Source of the DNA: Candidatus Woesearchaeota archaeon
GTDB lineage: Archaea > Nanobdellota > Nanobdellia > Woesearchaeales > GW2011-AR4
Length of the DNA stretch: 64,000 bases
Assembly: GCA_016181305.1 (NCBI GenBank)
Contig: JACOZN010000013.1
Coordinates: forward strand, 1 to 64,000
Direction: 5' to 3'
Position 1 is the stretch's first letter; each line of letters begins with the position of its first letter. A model generated the notes under the pieces. The model was given only the letters and a program-made list of their open reading frames with translations, was not told the origin of the DNA and made no database searches. A program made the position numbers and the translations under genes. Shown piece by piece: positions 58,399 through 64,000 of the stretch.

Positions 58399-59801
58399 AC
58401 TATCAGGAATTGGGATTCAGATGCGGGCTTGAAATCCACCAGCAATTGGAAGGAAAAAAGCTGTTCTGCAACTGCCCTACTCTGAACTCTGACAAAGAGC
58501 CTGATGTAAGGGTTGAGAGAAGATTAAGGGCTGTTGCAGGCGAGACAGGCGACATTGACATTGCAGCAGAGTTTGAGATGTCAAAGAAAAAGAAATTTCT
58601 TTACGAGAGCAATTCTGAAGACACCTGCCTTGTTGAATATGATGAGGAGCCGCCGCATGAATTGAACAAGAAGGCTTTGGAAACTGCATTGAAAATTGCC
58701 TTGCTTCTCAACGCAAAAATTGTTGACGAAATCCAAGTAATGCGCAAAACCGTTGTTGACGGCAGCAACGTATCCGGATTCCAGAGGACTGCATTGGTTG
58801 CAATGGACGGCTTTGTGGAAAGCTCTCTTGGCATGGTTAAGATTCCAACAATCTGCCTGGAAGAGGAAGCTGCCCAGAAATTAGGGGAAGGCAATGATTT
58901 TGTAAAATACAAGCTTGACAGGCTTGGAATTCCACTGATAGAAATTGCAACAGACTCGGGCATAAAAAGCCCTGAGCATGCAAAGGAGGTTGCAAGCCAT
59001 ATCGGAATGGTGTTGAGAAGCGTTGAAAATGTCAAAAGGGGCATTGGCACGATAAGGCAGGATGTTAACATTTCAATTGAAGGCGGGGCAAGAACTGAAA
59101 TAAAGGGATTTCAGGACCTGAGGAGCATTCCAAAAGTGATTGAGTATGAAGTTAAAAGACAAATTAATGGGATAAACCAAGGAAAAACATTAAACAAGGA
59201 AGTTAGAAAAGCAGAGCCAGACTTCACAACGTCGTTTTTGAGGCCATTGCCTGGCGCTGCAAGATTGTACCCCGAGACAGATGTTTTGCCGGTTAAATCA
59301 GAGAAGAATCACATAGATGAATTGAGGAAAAAGCTTCCAAGATTGCTGACGGAAAAAGTCGATGAATTCGCAAAAAAATACAACATAACAAAAGAAATGG
59401 CAAAGGAATTGGTTGACAATGCTGATTTTGAATACCTAAAGCAAAAATTCAAGCATAAAGACACATGGGTTATAGTCCGAACTTTGATAAACACGCCAAA
59501 GGAAATAAAATCAAAACTAAGCGCCGAGGATTTTGAAGAGATAATCTCCTATTATTACGACGGAAAAATAGCGAAGGAAGCAATAACAGACTTGCTGGAA
59601 AAAAAGGCTTTAGGAGAAAAAGTAAAAATATCAGAGTTTGAAGCAGTTTCAGAAGAGCAGCTTGAAAAGGAAATAAAGCAGATAATAAAGGAAAAGCCCG
59701 GCTTGAGCCAAAGCGCCTACATGGGGCTGGCAATGTCAAAGTACAGGGGGAGGGTTGACGGCAGGAAAGTGATGGAAGTGGTGAAGAAATTTGTTAAGTA
59801 A
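58395..59801 (+). CDS. gatE: glutamyl-tRNA(Gln) amidotransferase subunit E, short form
   Basis: GLEIHQQL, MRKTVVDGSNVSGFQRT, RGIGTIRQDVN and RPLPGAARLYPETD; ~470 aa. Start approximate (58383 in the ORF track). Confidence 0.95.
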   Translation: MNYQELGFRCGLEIHQQLEGKKLFCNCPTLNSDKEPDVRVERRLRAVAGETGDIDIAAEFEMSKKKKFLYESNSEDTCLVEYDEEPPHELNKKALETALKIALLLNAKIVDEIQVMRKTVVDGSNVSGFQRTALVAMDGFVESSLGMVKIPTICLEEEAAQKLGEGNDFVKYKLDRLGIPLIEIATDSGIKSPEHAKEVASHIGMVLRSVENVKRGIGTIRQDVNISIEGGARTEIKGFQDLRSIPKVIEYEVKRQINGINQGKTLNKEVRKAEPDFTTSFLRPLPGAARLYPETDVLPVKSEKNHIDELRKKLPRLLTEKVDEFAKKYNITKEMAKELVDNADFEYLKQKFKHKDTWVIVRTLINTPKEIKSKLSAEDFEEIISYYYDGKIAKEAITDLLEKKALGEKVKISEFEAVSEEQLEKEIKQIIKEKPGLSQSAYMGLAMSKYRGRVDGRKVMEVVKKFVK

Positions 59802-59843
59802 CATTTATATTAAAATGCCTTTTTCTTTGCTTTGGTGATTTTA

Positions 59844-60086
59844 ATGGCATTTGGGAAATTTGACAAGAGCTTGGACAAGGAAATATTCTCGGAAACAATC
59901 CAGTTTGAGACATCAAGTATAACTGTTGGGATTTTTTCATATAATGACGGCGAGAAAAAGATGCAGGTTTCAAGGGAAAATATGTCTCAAGACGGAGAAT
60001 GGAGCTTCGCAAAGCTAGGCAGGATGTTCAAGTATGAGGCCGAGAAAGTGATTCCAGTAATGGAAAAGGCTTTGGAGCATATGTGA
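59844..60086 (+). CDS. small PC4/YdbC-like putative ssDNA-binding protein
   Basis: TVGIFSYNDGEKKMQVSRE..WSFAKLGRM pattern. Confidence 0.6.
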   Translation: MAFGKFDKSLDKEIFSETIQFETSSITVGIFSYNDGEKKMQVSRENMSQDGEWSFAKLGRMFKYEAEKVIPVMEKALEHM

Positions 60087-60197
60087 CTCCTTATTTCTTT
60101 CCTGCTCTCTCGCTTCGGATAACTTTTTTCATGCTATGCTAGATAGCACTACTCCAAGGGTTCCTCATAAGTACGAGGCAGCCGCTATAAGCGAAAA

Positions 60198-60306
60198 CGC
60201 GCCGGGGAAGATTCGAACTCCCGGCCTAAAGGTTAGGAACCTTTCGCTCTATTTGCACGAAGCAAAGCGAGTGCTCGCTAGCCTCTCCAAGCTGAGCTAC
60301 CGGCGC
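60198..60306 (-). tRNA. tRNA-Arg(CCT) with a 34-nt D-loop intron at 19/20
   Basis: Acceptor GCGCCGG/CCGGCGC; AAAGG-TTCCTAA-CCTTT; intron 60253-60286 with a GAGGC/GCTTC stem; the spliced D-loop reads AGCTTGGATA. Confidence 0.9.
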
Positions 60307-60425
60307 ATAAGGTTTTAGAATTTAACTTGGTTTAAAAAGCTTGTTTTATTGCAAACCGGGAACAGCAATGTTAAAATCGGCAATCCATAAACTTTATAAA
60401 TACCTACTAAATAGCTAGTATATAC

Positions 60426-61298
60426 ATGGAAATACGCAACATACAGAAGACAGGCGACATGCATTACCTTTACCTGCCAACATCATGGTGCAGGGAGCAC
60501 AAGATCGGCTCAAAATCAAAGGTTAGCATTGAGCAGAGCAGCGACGGCTCATTGACTATTTCTCCGCAAATTACTGAAAGGAAGCCAAAGCACCTGAAGC
60601 TGAATATCTCTGAAGATGATCAGGAAATAATACACAAGCTTGTTGTTGCATGCTACATCAACCCATTAAGCTCTTTCGAGATTAACTTCGAGAAAGAGAT
60701 GGACTTTACAAAGCTGCTGAACCAGAAAAGGCTGATAAGCCTTGAGTCAGTGGAGATTGACAAAAAGCAGATAACATGCAACGGTGCGATTTCCATAAGC
60801 GACCCGGAGTCATTGCTCAAGACAATGGCAAAAAAAATAAAGAACATGGTTATAGTGATGCAGAAGAGCTACGACAAGGAGCTGATTGAAAGGTATGAAG
60901 ACGAGATTGACAGGAGCAAGATGCTCATAGACAAGTCAATAATAAGCTCGCTCACTTTTGAAAGGACAACAAAAGCAAACACAATCGACCTTTATTACAT
61001 TTCGCTTATATCAAAAGACCTGGAAAGGATGGTTGACCATCTTATCTGCATAAGCAGCAAGGAAACGGAATTTTTGACATTAGTTCAGGAGACTATAGAC
61101 CAGCTTCAAAGCATAATTGAAAACACAAATAACCTGAACTATAAGGCTGCATTGCAGTTTGTAAAAAAAGTAACTAAAATCAGGGGCTTCGAAGTCAAAG
61201 ACATAAAAAGCTATGACAAGGAGAGGATAAGGCTTTCATTGACAACGATTGCCGAGGTTGTCACAGACTGGGCAATAACAAAAGAGACGGAGAAATAG
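60426..61298 (+). CDS. AbrB-N / PhoU-like phosphate uptake regulator
   Basis: RNIQKTG....YLPTSWC N-terminus, ACYI and SKDLERMVDH. Confidence 0.88.
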   Translation: MEIRNIQKTGDMHYLYLPTSWCREHKIGSKSKVSIEQSSDGSLTISPQITERKPKHLKLNISEDDQEIIHKLVVACYINPLSSFEINFEKEMDFTKLLNQKRLISLESVEIDKKQITCNGAISISDPESLLKTMAKKIKNMVIVMQKSYDKELIERYEDEIDRSKMLIDKSIISSLTFERTTKANTIDLYYISLISKDLERMVDHLICISSKETEFLTLVQETIDQLQSIIENTNNLNYKAALQFVKKVTKIRGFEVKDIKSYDKERIRLSLTTIAEVVTDWAITKETEK

Positions 61299-61418
61299 CT
61301 ACTTGTGCCTGGGCTTCATCAGGGCGTACTGAATCGCCATTGAAAGCCTGCCGGTTATCACTCCAATGACAAAAACAGACGAATATTTTGCATAAAGCGC
61401 AAATTGGCCAAAGTCCAT
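61299..61418 (-). CDS. possible small membrane peptide (39 aa)
   Basis: MDFGQFALYAKYSSVFVIGVITGRLSMAIQYALMKPRHK; no homolog can be checked here. Confidence 0.35.
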   Translation of the reverse strand: MDFGQFALYAKYSSVFVIGVITGRLSMAIQYALMKPRHK

Positions 61419-61501
61419 AACAAAGCGCATAAAGGGCAGTAGAAAAGCGTAACCCAAATAAAAAATATAAAGTATTTATAATAGTTATTTTATATAGGTT
61501 A

Positions 61502-61557
61502 TATAGAGAACTTTGAATAATTCATTATTTTCGCCATTTCATTCAAAGTTCTCTATA
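61502..61557. promoter_or_regulatory. 17-bp perfect inverted repeat upstream of the ATP synthase operon
   Basis: TATAGAGAACTTTGAAT-N22-ATTCAAAGTTCTCTATA. Confidence 0.6.
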
Positions 61558-61628
61558 CAAATGTTTTCCATATAACATTTAGGCATTGTTATTAAGGCTA
61601 TTCAGAATACTTCAGGACTGGTGTACAG

Positions 61629-61976
61629 ATGGAAGCTTTAAGCGATTCAAAAGAAGCTGAGATCCTGGGAGAAATCAGAGAAGCTGAAAAAAAGGCAGAC
61701 GAGCTTATAGAAAGGGCTGGCAGGGAAAAGGAATCCCTGCTGCGCGAGGCAGCTGCAAATGCCTCAAAGCTTTTGTCATCCAAAAAAGAAGAGATAAGAA
61801 AGGCGCAGGAAAAGAAAGTAATGGATTTCAGGGAGAAGGCAGGGCTGATTGGCGAGGAGAAGTCCGCCGAAGGCAAAATGGCTGCAAAGCAGCTAAAATC
61901 AAAGTCAGAAAAAAACACCGGAAAGGCTGTTGACTTCATACTGAAGAAATTCGAGGATATGGTCCAAAATGCTTAA
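61629..61976 (+). CDS. atpH: A/V-type ATP synthase subunit H (G-like stator)
   Basis: EIREAEKKADELIE..A helical pattern; first gene of the operon. Confidence 0.85.
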   Translation: MEALSDSKEAEILGEIREAEKKADELIERAGREKESLLREAAANASKLLSSKKEEIRKAQEKKVMDFREKAGLIGEEKSAEGKMAAKQLKSKSEKNTGKAVDFILKKFEDMVQNA

Positions 61977-63807
61977 GCCGCATGAGATGAGCAGCGTCAT
62001 AATAACAGGCCCGAACAGCGAGCTTGAGGCTGTCATCAAGGAGATGCATGATATGGGGGTGCTCCACATAGTTGAGCATTCAAAAAATGAACTGGCGGAT
62101 ACAGGCAAGCCACTGGATAGCGCCGGCAGGCTTTCCGAAACCCTTGTCAAAATAAGGGCATTGACTGCAGCGCTGAGCATCAGGCAAGAGGAAAACAGAT
62201 TCGAGCTTAAGAAAGGCCTGCCTGAAATCGAATCCAATGTCAGAAAAATCGGAAATGAGCTTGGCGCGCTCAATGACGAGCTAAAAAAGACAGAAGAGCT
62301 GGTATCGAAAAACGATGCTGTAAGGCAGGAGCTCGAAATCCTGAAGGGCTTGAACATTCCGCTTGAAAACTTCACGTCTTACAAGTCGTTGGCTTGCTTT
62401 ATGGGCTGTATAAATGAAAAGAATTTCCGGCATATGAATGGGGAGCTTTCAAAAACGACGAAAAATTTCCTGATTTTCAAAAGCGGCGAGAAGCGAAAAT
62501 TCATTGCGTTGTTCATAGACTCAAAGAACAGGGAAGATGCAGGCAGCATATTGAATAAAAACGGCTTTTCGCAGCTGAACTTCTCCAATATAGGCGGCTT
62601 TAAGGGGACTGCAATGAGCAATCTTAAGAGGACAGGGGAGGAAAATGCAAGGCTCCAAAGGAAAAGAGCAGAGATTAAAAACAGCGTTGAAAAGCTGGCA
62701 AATGGGCATAAGGCCTTTTTGGCAGCTGCCGACAAATTTTTAAGCATCCAGCTTGAAAAGGCAGAAGCGCCTTTGCAGTTTGCATCAACGCCAAGCAGCT
62801 TCCTCATTAAGGGATGGATTCCAAGCGGGCAGTTAAACAGCTCCATAGAAAGGCTGAATAAGGCGGCTAAAAACATGATATTCGTGCATTTTGAGCCTGC
62901 AAAGGCGCATGACAAAGTGCCTGTCAAGCTGAAAAACCCGAAGTATGCAAAATCTTTTGAGTTCTTCATCGACCTTTACAGCATGCCCACCTACAGGGAG
63001 ATTGACCCGACTTTTTTCATATTCCTGACTTTTCCGATATTTTTCGGGATAATGCTCGGTGATGTTGGCTATGGGATAACAAGCTTATTGATTTTCTGGC
63101 TTTTAAAAAAGAAGATGCCGAAGGCAGGCGGTTTTTTCAACATACTGATGCTTGCGTCTTTTGTGTCAATGCTGTTCGGGTTTTTGTATGGGGAATTTTT
63201 TGGCTATGAGTTTATTCATCCAGTAATAAGCAGGGAGCATGAGATGTTCACCTTGATGTACATGGCCATTGCAATCGGCATAGTGCATGTAAATCTAGGA
63301 TTGGCAATAGGATTTATAAACGAGCTGAAATCGCATGGATTGATGAAGGCTGTATATGAGAAATTAAGCTGGATTATACTTGAAATAGGAGCTGCATTGC
63401 TTGCATTATCATATTTTGGAAAAATATCAATATCCCCATTAATCGGAGCTGTATTTTTAGGATTGTCAATATTAATGCTTTTTAAGGGCGAAGGGGTAAA
63501 AGGGCTTATGGAGCTGCCGAGCATTTTCACGAATATTTTGTCCTATGCAAGGCTTATGGCAATAGGGCTTTCTTCGGTTGTGCTTGCAGTCATAATAAAC
63601 GACTCTGCAAAGGAATTTTTTCATCAAGGGGGATTTTTTGTATTAATAGGGGTGCTGATTTTGGTTGTTGGGCACATAATAAACATAATGCTTGGATTAC
63701 TTGGGAGCTTTTTGCACTCATTGAGGCTCCATTACGTTGAGTTTTTTTCAAAATTTTTTCACGGTGGCGCTAAGAAGTACCAGCCGTTCGGGATGAAAGA
63801 AGATTAA
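61969..63807 (+). CDS. atpI: A/V-type ATP synthase subunit I
   Basis: Y.EIDPT, GIMLGDVGYG, SYARLMAIG and LRLHYVEFFSKF. Confidence 0.97.
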   Translation: MLKPHEMSSVIITGPNSELEAVIKEMHDMGVLHIVEHSKNELADTGKPLDSAGRLSETLVKIRALTAALSIRQEENRFELKKGLPEIESNVRKIGNELGALNDELKKTEELVSKNDAVRQELEILKGLNIPLENFTSYKSLACFMGCINEKNFRHMNGELSKTTKNFLIFKSGEKRKFIALFIDSKNREDAGSILNKNGFSQLNFSNIGGFKGTAMSNLKRTGEENARLQRKRAEIKNSVEKLANGHKAFLAAADKFLSIQLEKAEAPLQFASTPSSFLIKGWIPSGQLNSSIERLNKAAKNMIFVHFEPAKAHDKVPVKLKNPKYAKSFEFFIDLYSMPTYREIDPTFFIFLTFPIFFGIMLGDVGYGITSLLIFWLLKKKMPKAGGFFNILMLASFVSMLFGFLYGEFFGYEFIHPVISREHEMFTLMYMAIAIGIVHVNLGLAIGFINELKSHGLMKAVYEKLSWIILEIGAALLALSYFGKISISPLIGAVFLGLSILMLFKGEGVKGLMELPSIFTNILSYARLMAIGLSSVVLAVIINDSAKEFFHQGGFFVLIGVLILVVGHIINIMLGLLGSFLHSLRLHYVEFFSKFFHGGAKKYQPFGMKED

Positions 63808-63855
63808 TAATAAAATATACACCTACAATAAAAAATTAAAAACTCGGAGGTAAAA

Positions 63856-64000
63856 ATGGTAGACATATCGACTGGATTGGTGGCGATGGCGTCAGGGCTG
63901 GCAATCGGCTTGAGCGCAATTGCGGCAGCTATTGCTGAAAAGGAAATCGGAGTTGCAGCTGTGGGCGCTATGGCGGAAAAGGAGGAGCTGTTTGGAAAGG
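63856..64000 (+). CDS. atpK: A/V-type ATP synthase subunit K (proteolipid), 5' part
   Basis: MVDISTGLVAMASGLAIGLSAIAAAIAEKEIGVAAVGAMAEKEELFGK; runs off the window. Confidence 0.93.
   Translation, partial: MVDISTGLVAMASGLAIGLSAIAAAIAEKEIGVAAVGAMAEKEELFGK

Noticed and set aside
60087-60197. Small hairpins downstream of tRNA-Arg as an att site or sRNA
   Set aside because: No duplicated tRNA 3' end, no integrase, and only short stems.

Overview
Core-genome window of an archaeon, most likely a DPANN/Nanobdellota organism of the Woesearchaeota type (inference). The evidence is archaeal ribosomal and RNA polymerase genes, GatDE, Dph5, an A/V-ATPase, a bacterial-type LeuRS core and a bacterial-type MEP pathway. 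It holds the S13-S4-S11-RpoD-tRNALeu-L18e-L13-S9-RpoN, RpoE1-Spt4-S24e-S27ae and L1-P0-L12 clusters, plus SRP RNA, RNase P RNA, ftsZ, DNA ligase, cdc48, gatDE and the start of the ATP synthase operon. All seven MEP steps (dxs, dxr, ispD/F, ispE, ispG, ispH) lie in a ~12 kb block interleaved with HicB, a zf-UBP protein, RadC, two SAM methyltransferases and an aberrant tRNA-Leu. The most unusual signals are non-coding: (1) a four-copy dispersed ~50-nt RNA-like motif with a compensatory stem swap and G-poor, A-rich leaders; (2) all five tRNA genes are interrupted, with BHB-type introns at 10/11, 19/20, 21/22, 37/38 and 59/60, one of them 114 nt long; (3) a family of short palindromes, one 95-bp unit flanked by a 7-bp direct repeat, that resembles the tRNA intron hairpins; (4) a phased array of 8-9 palindromic sites beside a double-HTH gene; (5) a TATA-preceded RNA with two cUUCGg hairpins. 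Protein oddities include a LeuRS with a degenerate, lower-GC editing domain, an IspG lacking ~45-50 conserved residues, a frameshifted DNA ligase, a 5'-truncated dph5 and a mosaic, split Cdc48. These lesions may be assembly errors. All calls come from reading the sequence; no searches or computations were run.
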